The position numbers and the translations under genes were made by a program. The notes under the pieces were generated by a model. The model was not told the origin of the DNA. It saw nothing but the letters and a program-made list of their open reading frames with translations, and searched no databases. This document shows positions 1 through 12,490 of a stretch of DNA of 64,000 nucleotides, one piece after another. Within the stretch, counting starts at the first letter, position 1; every line of letters starts with the position of its first letter. The stretch is from Octopus sinensis (lineage: Eukaryota): NCBI RefSeq assembly GCF_006345805.1, contig NC_043009.1:25854001-25918000 (forward strand). Reading direction: 5' to 3'.

Positions 1-3000
1 GGTGTTGGTCCTATTAAAAAGAAACCGGGTTTCTGAGAAAAAGTTAATTTTTGCAGATCCAGAAGGTAGGCTGGTCGTCATGGATTTGACGTTCAGTAAT
101 GGTAAAGTTATCAGACTGGTTGCAATTTACGCACCCAACCATACAGGGCAAAGTGATTATTTTCGTGAACTAGAAAACTTTCTTGGTACTTCGCATTCAT
201 TAGTGGTGCTAGGAGACTTTAACACAATTTGCAAAGCGGATGTAGATTGTGTTGGCTCGCGTCCAGATAGAAAAGGCAACAGTGGCTTCATGGAACTGCT
301 AAGCCGCTTTGAGCTAGCAGATCCTTATAGGCTGGAATTTCCGAACGCTCCATTGTGGACATGGTCAAACAGCGACGGATCTTCCAGGTCATATTTAGAT
401 AGAATACTAATTAGAAAAGTAGACAGTAAAATAGCTAAGTGTCCACAGTTTTACCCGATCAGCTACAGTGATCATAAAATGGTCACTTGTAAGCTTGACA
501 TAGATAAGGTTAAAAATAGAGGATCCGGTTACTGGAAACTTAATACGTCCCTTTTGGCGATTAAGGAGTACAAAGACCGGATTAGGGATATAATTCAGAG
601 GGCACTATCTGGTACCATCATTAATAACAAATGGTGGTACGCCCTCAAACGAGCCATCAAGTTCGAGTCAATTAGATATAGCATAGGAGTAGTGGCTAGA
701 GAGGCTAGAAGGGAAACTACTCTAGTTAAGGAATTAGAGGAAGCCTTGAAAACTGGCTCAGGTGACGGCCAAGAGACTGGTGTTAAACCAGCACCTCGAG
801 GCCAAACACATGGGCTGCATTGTCAGGGCTAGAATCCGCCATATGGGTTGTGAAGGAATCAACGCCGTAAGATGGGCCCGAGTGGTGGAAGCACAGCAAG
901 GTAACGATGCCACGATTCGATCTTTGACGAACCAACAAGGTGAGTTGATAAACGAGCCCGAGGAGATGTGTGAGGCCTTTCAGGAGTACTTCGCTCAGCT
1001 TTTCGGTGAGTGCGGCGGACTGGATAGGAGGAGGGCCTTTACGGACTTACTCGACGGGCTGCCGCGCTTGTCGGGGCGAGATGCGGAGGGCTGTGAAGGG
1101 CCAATCACGCCTGAGGAGGTGGTTGAGGCAATGGCGGACTGCGGCGCGGGCAAGGCGCCGGGTTTGGATGGTCTACCCTATGAGTTATATAAGAGTATGC
1201 CAGACTTGTTCGGGCACCTACTGGCGGAGGTCTATGCGAACTGGTGGCAGAACGGGCTTATACCCAGATCTGTGCGCCGGGGAGTAGTGACACTCGTCAG
1301 AAAGGACCCGAGCAAGGGGGAGTGCATTGATAATTTCAGGCCCATCACTCTGCTAAACAGAGTTGAAGATTTTGGCCAAAGTGTTATCGAAAAGATTGGC
1401 GCGTGTCGCGGATGGTCTGATCGGGGAGGCACAAACATGTGCCGTTCCGGGCAGAACCATTCAGGATAATCTCCATCTAATGCGGTACACTATAGAGGGG
1501 TTTAATAGTGATTCTGGCAAGGGTGGGGCACTGGTCCATTTAGACCAATCTAAAGCATTTGATAGGGTCGACCATAGTTACCTGGTATCTGCCCTGGCAC
1601 AGTTCGGGCTGAGCCTTGGCTTCCTCAGGTGGATTATCCAAATTTATGATAACATCGACTCGGTAGTTCGGGTGAACGGATTCTTGTCGAAGCCGTTCAA
1701 AATCAAACGCTCGGTTCGTCAAGGGTGTCCGCTCTCCCCGCTTTTGTACGTGATGGCTTTAGAGCCATTACTGCGAAAACTGAGCGGCATCCCCAGACAG
1801 CCAGGTAATGGAAAATCAGTGTCAGCGTACGCGGATGACATCACCATCATCGTAACCGAAATGGACCACCTATGTAAAGTAGGCAAGGCCATAGAGGTTT
1901 ACGAGACGGTGACAGGAGCAAAAGTTAATCGCGAAAAGTCAGTCGGCTTGCAACTCGGCACCTGGAGAGGCAAGTCGATGCCTCCTGAGCATCGTGGGAC
2001 GTTGGACGGAGGGTCCGATTAAATTGCTACGGGTCTGGTTCGGTCCAGACCTCCAAATAGAGAAGAATTGGGGCGAGGTAACGAGCAAGGTGGCTGCAGT
2101 AGCCAAGACCTGGTCTTGGCGGTGGCTATCCCTGAAAGGGAGGGCGGAGGGGCCAATGTGTTTATCGCATCGGTTATCACCTTCCGCCTTTCCGTCGTTC
2201 CTTGCCCTGATTCGTGGTTGATCAAGTTGGAAAGACAGCTCTTCTACTTCTTGTGGAAGGGCGGGAAACCACTTGTGAAACGCTCTACTTGCTGTCAACA
2301 ACCGTTAAAGGGTGGGCTAGGGATGCCTTGGCTGATGATGCGCAGACATGCGCTGAGGTTAAGACATCTGTGGCTCTACCTGGATGGTGAACGGGTGTGG
2401 TCTCCGCTAGCAAAACTGATGTTTCCCAAGTTCACTAGTTTCGGTGGATGGGAAACCTGGCTGAATCGAAGATCGAAACTTGGTACTTGGTACACGGAGT
2501 GTCGCAAGGCTCTCCTGCTATTCCGTCGCTCGGGTAACGCCTGCGGTGGGGGTTCCACCACATTCTTCTATAGAGGGTTGGTAGAGGCGGAATGTGAAGA
2601 TACCTTGGGAGAACCCTAGGCCTCGACGCCTAATAACAGCTGGCCAGTCTGTTCCGACGTACGTTCAAGCCGAAGACACTGGACAACTTCCAGAAGTCTC
2701 TGGCATGGCAATGCTACAGAGGAGCTCTACCTGTTCGGGATAAACTCGCAAGGCACGGTGGCGAAGACAGTCCGATATGTCCAAGATGCGGGCGGGATAG
2801 GGAAACCGTCCCGCACGCTATTGTTCATTGTCTGGACGTGTCTGAGGTGTGGGTTTATGCCGAACAGCTGTTGTCAGGTACACGAAGAGTACAGCTGTCG
2901 ACTGAGTCGATTACAAAAATTGACCCACCGAATTTCCTCGTGAATGAAGGTAAGTTTCGTTTTCTCGTTGTAGTAGCAATTGCGAAAGAGGTGATATTGT

Positions 3001-3440
3001 AGTAGCAATTGCGAAAGAGACGAGAATGAAAGGTCTACAGTCAGGCAAGTTCATCTCCGGCCCTGGTTTGATGAATTATTTCATCTATCACCTGAAAAGG
3101 AAGATAGGGCTGGAGAGAATTTGCCTGACTAGGAGAGTGTATGAAAAACGATGGAAAGATGTAGCACGAAAGTTGCGAGTGGATGATACAACATAAATGT
3201 AATACCAAGCGCAACCAAAAGTATCAGTGGGGAGGCGGGGCTCGTGGGGTCCGAGCTAAACCCGCACCCACTCCACCCGTAATGTCTTCCGGTCTGTCCC
3301 ATCATTCGATTTCTGTCCATTTATTGTAATTTCATGAAAATTTTTAAATCCGTTTTATCGTAAAAACCCATTCGTGTGTCTGACCCCATCATCAGATTGT
3401 ATTGTCCCATCTATGTTCGCCCCTTGTGGGTAATAATAAA
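1..3440 (+). mobile_element. Tx1/L1-clade non-LTR retrotransposon: ORF2 (APE endonuclease, RT, C-terminal CCHC) plus 3' UTR; 5' end lies outside the window; disrupted
   Basis: APE motifs (IYAPN, GDFN, YLDRILI, SDHK) in 2..832. RT motifs (KAPGLDG, FRPITLLN, LDQSKAFDRV, RQGCPLSP, AYADD) in 762..2022. CPRC-x8-H-x3-C near 2780-2830. About 5 frameshifts and TAATAA stops near 2630. The 3' end reads ...CCCCTTGTGGGTAATAATAAA at 3440. Confidence 0.95.
2..3195 (+). pseudogene. Frameshifted LINE ORF2 polyprotein (endonuclease-reverse transcriptase)
   Basis: ORF-track pieces 2..832, 762..1469, 1363..2022, 1994..2221 and 2068..2619 join by frameshifts into one ORF2. The C-terminal part was translated by hand (SLAWQCYRGALPVRDKL...CPRCGRDRETVPHAIVHC). 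Confidence 0.9.
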
Positions 3441-4342
3441 ACAACACGGAGGAAAGCACCTTCGAAAAGTGTCTTGGTGCGACTATCAGAGGCGGTAAAT
3501 TCGCCACAATAGAAGCAAGGTTCGAGTCAACGGAGCGTGCAAGGGAGTACTCGATTCGAACTTGCAAAGTGGAAATATTTTATTTTTACCGTTATATCTG
3601 GGACGTAGGATGTCCCGGAAAAAAATTTTAAATGACCCCCCCCCACCACCAGAAGTAGAGGTAGGCTGGATTGTAGCCACACTTCTATACAAGAGGGATG
3701 ACAAGATACAATTGATCGAAATTACAAGAGACGGGCTAACAATTCCAGTCTGTTATATATTTTGAGTATTGTTATCACTAGTGATATCAAGATATAACTT
3801 TGTATTTTGTATTTTATGTGTAGATGTATATATATAGATGTACATGTAATATGTACACATATATATACACATATATACATGCACTAGCACTATGACCCGG
3901 CAACGACGGGTCTTTAATGCTAGTATATATATATATATATGAGAATGTGCATATGTACATGGGGTGGGTATAGTTGGGTGGTTAAGAAACTCGGTTTGCA
4001 AACGTGTGGTTTTAGGATCAGTCCTCTGTGTAGCACCTTGGGCAAGAGTCTCCTACTGTAGCCCCGGGTTGACCAGTGTCTTGAGAGTGAATTGGTGGAG
4101 GAAAACTGTATGGAAACCTGTTGTGTGTGTGTGTATGTATGTGTGTATTTATGTGTGTGTGCGTATTTGCGTGTGTGTATTTATGTGTGTGTGTGTGTGT
4201 GCATGCGCGTGAGTGTATATATGTGCGAGTGTGCGCGTGGTGTATATGTGTGCGTGTGTCTTTTTTTCACCGATTGACAAGTGGTGTTGGTTTGTTTACG
4301 TCTCCGTAACTCATAAGTTCAACAATGGAAAGCGATAGAATA

Positions 4343-5634
4343 CGAGGGGCGTTCAATAAGTAATGCCCCTGACCCACTTCCCATAGCAGTAGAGCAACGA
4401 AACTTGGCACAGTTATTAGTCTTTTTCTACATAGGAACCACCCAGAGTTATGCATTTCTCCCATCGTTTGATGCGGCTCTGGAGACCGTTTTTGTAGAAG
4501 AACCCAGCTTGGTCCTCCAACCACAACGTGACTTCAGAAATCAAGGCTGCATCATCTGGGAAACGCTTTCCTTTCAAAAACAACTTCATGATTAGTAAGA
4601 GGTGAAAATCAGAGGGTGCAAGGTCAGGAAAGTAGGGGGGATGGAGGAGGAGTTCATAGCCATACGCCTGTGCTTCTGATCTGGCAACAAACGAGTTGTG
4701 GACCGGAGCGTTGTCCTGCAGGAGGAGGATGCCTTTGCTGATCTTGCCCCGCATCTTGATTTTGATAACTTCTTTTAATTTCCTCAAAAGTGAAGCATAA
4801 TAGGCTCCTGCAATTGTGGTACCCTTTGCCAGGAAATCTGTCATCACTACTCCGTCCTGGTCCCAGAAGACTGTGAGCATGACCTTGCCAGCGGAGGGCT
4901 GTACTCTTGTCTTCTTTGGAGGGGGTGAGTCACGGTGCTTCCACTGCATTGACTGGGATTTGGTCTCTGGATCATCGTGATGGACCCAGGTTTCATCATG
5001 TGTAATCAGTCTTTTGAAAAAGTTTGACTCATCTTCTTGGCACATCTCCAAATTAACCTTCGAGTACTCGACGCGTTCTTGCTTCTGGAAAGGCGTGAGC
5101 AACCTGGGAATCCATCTGGCAGACACCTTTTGCATATGCAAATGGTCATGAATGATAGTTTCCACAGACCCGGTACTAATCTTGACCTCATGGGCTATTT
5201 GGCGAATAATTATGCGTCGATCTTCCAAAATGGCAGCCTCAACTTGACGGACAGATGCCTCATCAATGGCAGAAGGGGGCGACCAGATCTGGGAGCTGTT
5301 TCCACAGAGTTCCGACCATGTTTGAATTCTCGATGCCAGCATTTTACAAGGTCATATGATGGGTCATCATCACCATAAGTTACTTTCATTTCATCAAAAG
5401 TCTTCCGTGGTGTGCGTCCTTTCAAATACAAAAACCGGATCACTGCTCGACACTCAACAGGCTCCATTTCACACTTGACTCGGTTCAAACACCTGTAAAT
5501 CAGAAACCACAATTAATTCAGAGCTGTAATTTGCCACTTACTCTATAGAGATATAAATAATTACACATGCAAAATTTCAGCTAGATCAAACAACTGCAAG
5601 TGGGTCAGAGACATTACTTATTGAACGTCCCTCG
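4343..5634 (-). mobile_element. Full-length mariner (DD34D) DNA transposon, probably irritans-like; ~1292 bp with TA target duplication
   Basis: TIRs CGAGGGGCGTTCAATAAGTAATGCCCCTGACCCACT and AGTGGGTCAGAGACATTACTTATTGAACGTCCCTCG. TA at 4341-4342 and 5635-5636. Confidence 0.95.
4416..5467 (-). pseudogene. Mariner transposase with one apparent frameshift (near 5275-5300)
   Basis: MEPVECRAVIRFL... HTH N-terminus joins WIPRLL, HDETW, QDNAP and YFPDLAPSDF. All three catalytic Asp are present. Confidence 0.92.
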
Positions 5635-6491
5635 TAAATACCAGACTTTGAAAATACATGCATTTTGGGCGATTTTTAAACAAAACTCTTCAAGGCGGTG
5701 TCCCTGCATGGTCACAGTTTACATAAACGATTAAAGATAAGTAAAACTACTTTCTACATCCATGATAGAAATGCCGCCAACTTTGTCGGTTTCGCATAAA
5801 ATTTCTTGCAATTCTTCCTCTCATCATATCCTATACTTTTATGGTGCTTATTTTTTAAAGATGTAATCAAGATGTCTGACTCGTGAGTCTTCACGGTGCC
5901 ATAAATATGTGCTAAGTTAGACTCTTCTATGCATTTCGAAAGGAAATGCATCCCGTTTGAGAATTAGCAACAGTAATTTACTTATTTATCGACTTTAAAT
6001 TTTAGTTTTTTGAATTTTCTAATTTTCACAAATTTTCTGTTATCATAGAAAATATTGTTATTTTCCCGTTTTGTAATGTATTCTTTGTTCAAAATAACAG
6101 ATTGCTCTTATCGCTTTTACATATTACAATAACTAACTCTCCAGGATCTGAAAAATAACGATAAAATTGTAATATATAAAATCGATAAAAGCAATTTTTT
6201 TTTGTTATCTAGAACAAAAAACGAAGACATTAGCAAAATCGGCATTATACTCTACGATAACAACAGCAAATTCGTCAAAATAACAAGAGACAAAATAGAA
6301 CCATTAAAATGTAAACTTAATCACTGCAAATGCTCAAATCGGATTTGATTCTTTCCAATACATAGAAGAATTTAGCTTAGGATACGTCCATGGCACCGAA
6401 AGGACTCAAACGAAACGTCACTCCCCTCTGATCTATAATCTTCGAAATCAATACACATACTCATAGAATCACTAAACAACTAAATTGTGTT

Positions 6492-6549
<58 letters not shown>

Positions 6550-6739
6550 CACACACACACACACACACCAGAGTGATAAAATATAGTGTTGGTGAAAGAG
6601 AAATTTTACAGGAAACCATTCAAGTTGGTAACATTTTCAACATGGATGTAGAAAATATTTTATTTACGTTCTTGCATAAAAAGTATAGAAACAATTGTAG
6701 GTAGGGTGTGTATAGACGTAGACAGCATGCTTTGATTGT

Positions 6740-6900
6740 TTAATTCGAACGCGTTTTTTTTCTCATCTTTTCTCTCTCATCTGTTCTGTCTGTGGAAGAG
6801 CATAGGTGCGAAACGTTAAGAACGTCTTCCATTTTCCCTCAGCGTTAAACTAACGCACCCTGTTTGTTGTTCTTTCATCCCCGCCTTTGTGTCTTTTTCA
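6740..6900 (+). mobile_element. Penelope-like pseudo-LTR remnant with decayed hammerhead variant (related copy at 61890-62080)
   Basis: CTGTGGA-A-GAGC-ATAG-GTGC-GAAACGTT-AAGAA. The downstream CGTTAAACTAA...CTGTTTGTTGTT matches the 61890-62080 copy. Confidence 0.5.
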
Positions 6901-7099
6901 TTTTATTATATACATTCAAGCTCCTGTGATATTCTGAGATGCGCTACGGGTCTTGTAGATAGGGAGTTATCTCCCTTGCTGGATATTATTAACAGTGCGT
7001 GACAGGAATTGTGGGAAGATATAAATGTGATAGTCTCCAGGAATGCGTGGGGGTGCAGACTCTGCCGTGAGGTCCTCCATGCTACATCAGAACTCGGAC

Positions 7100-7533
7100 A
7101 CTGATACGCGACGTTCATTGTAGTATTCCTTCATCTGCGGACGATTTTACCCAGATAGCAACATAATTGCTCATTACTCATTGACGTGGATTTGCTCCTA
7201 CCAGCCAAGACAACATTCCAACCACCAGAGATGCCAAGAAGCATATTAAAAAGATTCTGTTGTCCTAACACAACAGAAGTTCTTCGTCGGCAATCTATAC
7301 ATCTAGAGGGCAACAAACTGAATACGTGGATGGAGGAGTCGTCACATTTAGGGCGTTTCAACATGGCTAATGTCCATAAAGTTATTACTAAATATAACTA
7401 TATCATGTATAGAAGTTACGTTGATGAAATATCCATTGTGCTTGATAGAGAAGGACAGAATGATAGATTTGGAGATTTGAAAAATATTTTTATTCTTAGA
7501 TTTACAACCCAACACCATTTTAGCATGAATTAA
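7100..7533 (+). pseudogene. Decayed Penelope-like reverse transcriptase remnant
   Basis: Degenerate motifs: SL(D)VD with a frameshift, PPEMPRSILKRFCCPNTTEV, SHLG..MAN, and YRSYVDEISIV (resembles YxRYVDD). Confidence 0.5.
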
Positions 7534-7628
7534 ATTCCCCCAACAAATTGCCTCTACATGTACACCGCCTCCACACATATATATAGGGGAGAGAGAGAGT
7601 GTGTAGTCTCCATAGATGTATATAATGT

Positions 7629-7705
<77 letters not shown>

Positions 7706-7710
7706 GTGAA

Positions 7711-8079
7711 GGCACAATGGCCCAGTGGTTAAGGCAGCAGACTCGCGGTAGTAGGATCGCGGTTTCGATTCCAAGTCCTGGCGTTGCGTTTATTGAGTCA
7801 AAACATCTAATGCTCCACTAGTCTCCGGCAGGGGTGGGTGGCGAATCCTGCTGTACTCATTCACCACAACTTTATCTCACTTTTTATTTTTGTTTCTATT
7901 GTACCTGTATTTCAAAGGGCCAGCCTTTCCACACTGTGTCACGCTGAATTTCCCCGATAACTAAGTTACAGGCACACGTGTCTATGGAGTGCTCAGCCAC
8001 TTGCACGTTAATTTCACGAGCAGGCTGTTCCGTTGATCGGATCAACTGGAACCCTCGTCGTCGTAACCGACGGAGTGCC
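7711..8079 (+). mobile_element. tRNA-derived SINE (family S3, tail variant a)
   Basis: A box TGGCCCAGTGG, B box GGTTTCGATTCC. About 170 nt of head and body are shared with 16977-17268. Confidence 0.8.
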
Positions 8080-8259
8080 GCGATATATTATAAATATTAA
8101 ATGTCTGTAGTCTCCTTAGATACATAAAACATCTGTAGCCAAATCTTTTCTGACAAGCTTTTAAATTTTCATCCTGTAAAAAGCTTTCGATAAGAAAATA
8201 TTAAGAGTGAAACGGTTAGATTACTAGACCAAAATATAGAACAATAAAAGAACTATACA

Positions 8260-8495
8260 GGCATATGGCGTAATGGTTAAGAGCGCGGGCTACTAACACC
8301 AAGATTCCGAGTTCGATTCCAGGCAGTGACCTGAATGATAATAATAACAACAACACCGAAAAATACCTTAGGAATGAGAACCCAGGTTCGAAATTTCCCC
8401 AAAACACATGATGAAGGCTGGAAGGTATGTCAGCCGAAACGTTGTGTTAACAACAAACAAGATGAGGACAAATATCCGTCGAATGTAAATAAATG
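8260..8495 (+). mobile_element. tRNA-headed SINE-like element carrying a minimal hammerhead motif
   Basis: A box TGGCGTAATGG (8266-8276), B box GAGTTCGATTCC (8309-8320), AAT/AAC spacer, then AACAC-ATGATGA-A-GGCTG...CAGCC-GAAA-CGTT-GTGTT (8403-8448). Confidence 0.7.
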
Positions 8496-8910
8496 CAAGA
8501 ACAAATTCTCTCACACAATTACAAAGATTTTACCATACAAAGCAAAAATGCTCTCGTCATAGAATGGATGGACAGATCGTTACAAAACTCATAAAAGGGA
8601 ACACAGCATGTATTACGGCTCCCATCACCAACTAATCATTAGAATATATTAAGAATCACCAGCATGAAAGCCTTTGCATCAACATGAAACCACAACCACA
8701 TAAGCAGTAGGATGCACTTCAGACAATCAATGTAATACAGAAATTTCAGTGTAAGCAAGAATATTGTAAACATCATGATACAAAGTATTACAGAGAAGAC
8801 ATAGAGGTACGACACTGTTTCGTCGAAAGTACATAGGCTTACAACAATGTAAGGAAATTGAACAGCCATTAATAAAGTCGTCCTCCAACACCTTGATTCT
8901 GTCTCATTGT

Positions 8911-8980
<70 letters not shown>

Positions 8981-9339
8981 GATTTCGATAAAATCAAATC
9001 TATTAATGACCTACTTCACTTGGAAAACTTTGATGGAAGCAATACTGCAGATCTCGATATTAGCAAAACTGTGGAAACCCATCTGCCTACTCTCTCTAAT
9101 AACGGAGAGGGACTTTGTAGGCGATTGCTCCACTTGCTAGAAGCACCAGCCAAACCTACCTCAAATTACACTCAATCCTTAAATGTACATACACAACCAT
9201 ACACAAAGGATTGGCACGCGGTTTGAATATGGTAATTCAGTCGTGTCTGGATTAGCTTTTATTACCAGTTTCTACAATCAGTGATGACTTACTGTTAAAC
9301 TACAACAGCAGTGGATGAGTTAATGATGACACCTCTATG

Positions 9340-9867
9340 TATATACATATATAACAGTGTGTTTGTGTGTGTATATACATATACACATATACATACATAG
9401 ATACACACACATACATACATACACACATACACACACACATACACACACACATACATACACACATACATACACACATACACATACACACACATACATATAC
9501 ACACACATGTACACACACATACATACACAAACATACATGTGCACACACATACACACACAAACATACATGTGCACACACATACACACACCCACATACATAC
9601 ATACATACACACACATACACACACTCACACATACATACACACACACATACATACATACACACACAATACATACACACACATAATGCATACACACACATAA
9701 TGCATACACACACATAATGCATACACACACACACACACATATATAACAGTGTATACGTATACACACACACACACAAGAGTGTATGCAGATATACACTTCA
9801 TACAGGGAGTGAAAGAGAGTGAGAGACAAAGACATTTTAATACTCTGTAGTAGCCACCGCCTTTATA

Positions 9868-9898
<31 letters not shown>

Positions 9899-9951
9899 CT
9901 GAGAGAAAGAAAGAAAGAAAGAAAGAAAGAGAGCGAGAGAGAGAGAAAGAA

Positions 9952-9982
<31 letters not shown>

Positions 9983-10180
9983 AAGAAAGAGAGAGAAAGA
10001 AAGAGAGAGAAAGAAAGAGAGAGAGAAAGAAAGAAAGAGAGAAAAAAGAGAGAGAAAGAAAGAGAAAGAAAGAGACAGAAAGAAAGAGACAGAAAGAAAG
10101 AGACAGAAAGAAAGAGAGAGAAAAAAGAGAGAGTGAAAGAAAGAGAGAGAAAGAAAGAGAGAGTGAAAGAAAGAGAGAGA
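9340..10180. repeat. Compound microsatellite: (CA)/(TACA)n then (AAAG)/(AG)n
   Basis: Read directly from the sequence. Confidence 0.95.
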
Positions 10181-11059
10181 TTACTTCATAAACGAGACGC
10201 CTCTCAATATATTCTATTACTCAGTGGAATAGAATATAACAACATTCTTTTGAAGTGTTTTACTATTCACCTGCAGGAGAATTGTACAAAAATCATTGCT
10301 GCCGCATAATGAAGACTTTTGTAGTGACACACGATGATCAAATAAAATATATGCATAAATAACGAACAGACCAGCTATATAAAAGGGAAGCTATATAAAC
10401 GAACATAGCCACACCGCACACACACATACACACACACATATATATATATATATACACACGTGTGTGTATGCACACAATAAAAGAAAATGCGAAATTATTT
10501 AATCAGTTTAAGAGATCACCTGAAGATTTAATAAATATATGATTACAGACCAATTAAATCTCATATTAATTTAATTAAAATAGCAGCATAGATTTATGGG
10601 TTTTCCCATAATGTTTAGCATTAATATAAAGTGAAATTAATATAAAATATTTCAGTGTTATTTAAGTAACCTGGAGTCAAATCCAGAGATGATATAATTG
10701 TTTTTTTTACTACGTTTTTAAATTATATATTTTATTTTATTAATTTTATGATGCTTATGTATTTGTTTTATATTCTTTTATTATTTGATATGTTGTGACA
10801 TCGAAATGAAGAGAAGAGAAAGCTGTATCATTTTCGCTTATTACTGGTAGATCAATTAACGCTAATGAAAGTCAAAACCACATGACCAGCCATTGATATT
10901 AAGTTGGTGAAAGGGGAAAATTAATTGGTCGGAGCAGTTGAGCGTCAGTAAAATTGTGTTGCTGTATTTAACCATGTCCTGTTAAATTCCGTGTTCAAAT
11001 CTCGTTGTGGTAAACTTTGCATTTCTCATTTGCATGGGAGAATCGTGGTGCTGCAAATA

Positions 11060-11642
11060 CGTAGTCTGATCAATAAGTATCCGGACTGTTGCTATAGTAA
11101 CAAAGCTAAAGCACAGAGAGTGGAGTCGCTTGTCACTTCCACTGTTTACAGCAGGAAGGAAAGTGTGTAACGTGTGATCGTCGCATTGACCATGACACAG
11201 AAAGTTGAGCAGAAAATATGCATCAAATTTTAGCAAAAGCTTGGCGATACCTGCTCAGAGGCCTACGCAAAGTTTTTAAAAAGTTTTCATCGTTCTCAAC
11301 ACAATCAAGGAGATCTTGTGCAACTGAACAACTGAAACCTGAATGTCTTTTTGGTCAGCTGAAAGCAGTTTTGGCACAAACTCGACAGGCATGTGTCTTA
11401 CACCCAAATCTTCAGTGATAACGGACTGAACTGAACCGTAACTAACTTGCACATCCTCTAATAACTCACGGATGGTGATTCGACGATTTCCCCTCACAGC
11501 TGCACGCACATCTGCAATGTTTTTCTCAGTTCTGCTGGTTGCGGGTCTCTCAGAAGATTCGTCAATATCAACATTTTTCGGCCATCTTGGAAACATCTGA
11601 ACCACTCATACACTTGTGTGCGGCTCATACACTCCTCTCCAT
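11060..11642. mobile_element. Truncated mariner (second family): 5' TIR and transposase N-terminus on +, next ~370 bp inverted
   Basis: TA|CGTAGTCTGATCAATAAGTATCCGGACTG TIR. MTQKVEQKICIKF on + from 11192. GEECMSRTQVYEWF...RRITIREL...FVPKLL on - over 11642-11272. Confidence 0.85.
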
Positions 11643-11994
11643 TCTTCCCGGCTCTTTACGTTCTGGGTTGAAATGATGTTGAGGTCAGCTTTGCCTTTCA
11701 TTTCTCCAAGGTCAACAGAATACAGTACCAAATATTCTCCTCCTCTCAAAATGCAGGCCTTTAGTCTAAATCAGAATGAATTAAAAGGCTGTAGCAGCAA
11801 TGCTAGAGCGTCGGGAAAATGTTTATCGGCATCTTTCCTTGCTTTTTACAATCTGAGTTCTAACCTCACCAAGGTCAGGTTTGGTATTTTTTTCTTTCCA
11901 GTGCCGATAAAATAATATACTAGTCAAGTACTGAAGTTGATGCTATCGACTAATCTTCTACCCTTAAACTTACTAGCTTAGTATTAAAAATTAG

Positions 11995-12177
11995 CATGCC
12001 GGGAAAATGTTTAGCAGCAGTTCGTCTATCTCCACGTTCTGAGTTCAAATTCCACCGTGTTTGACTTTGCTTATCCTTTAGGGGCCGATAAAATAAGTAC
12101 CAATTGAACACAAGGGTCGATGTGATTGACTTAGCATCTCTCTCAAACCTACTAGCCTTGTACCAAAATTTGAAATC

Positions 12178-12210
<33 letters not shown>

Positions 12211-12457
12211 ATAATAATTATTATTATTAATAGTAATTAATAATAAGGCGGCGAGCTCGCAGAATCGTTAGCTTACTGGACGAACTGCTTAGCAGTATCT
12301 CGCCCGTCGCTACGTTCTGAGTTCAAATTCTGCCAAGGTCGACTGTCCCTTTCATCCTTTCAATGTCGATAAAATAAGTACCAGTTGAACACTGGGGTCG
12401 ATGTACTCGACTTATCCCCGCCCCCAAAACTGCTGCCCCTATGGAAAAATTTGAAAC

Positions 12458-12490
<33 letters not shown>

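Larger units (their letters stand above)
3968..5725 (+). mobile_element. Old tRNA-derived SINE (family S1) split by the mariner insertion
   Basis: Head and CCTTGGGCAAG block at 3968-4125, then internal (TG)n and the 3' half ...GCGATAGAA|TA. It resumes after the mariner as AATACCAGAC...GGCGGTGTCCCTGCATGG. It aligns with the full S1 copy at 48761. Confidence 0.7.

Noticed and set aside
1-3195. Possibility that the LINE is intact and the frameshifts are long-read errors
   Set aside because: It also has TAATAA nonsense codons near 2630 and a 22-bp duplication, so at least some lesions look real.
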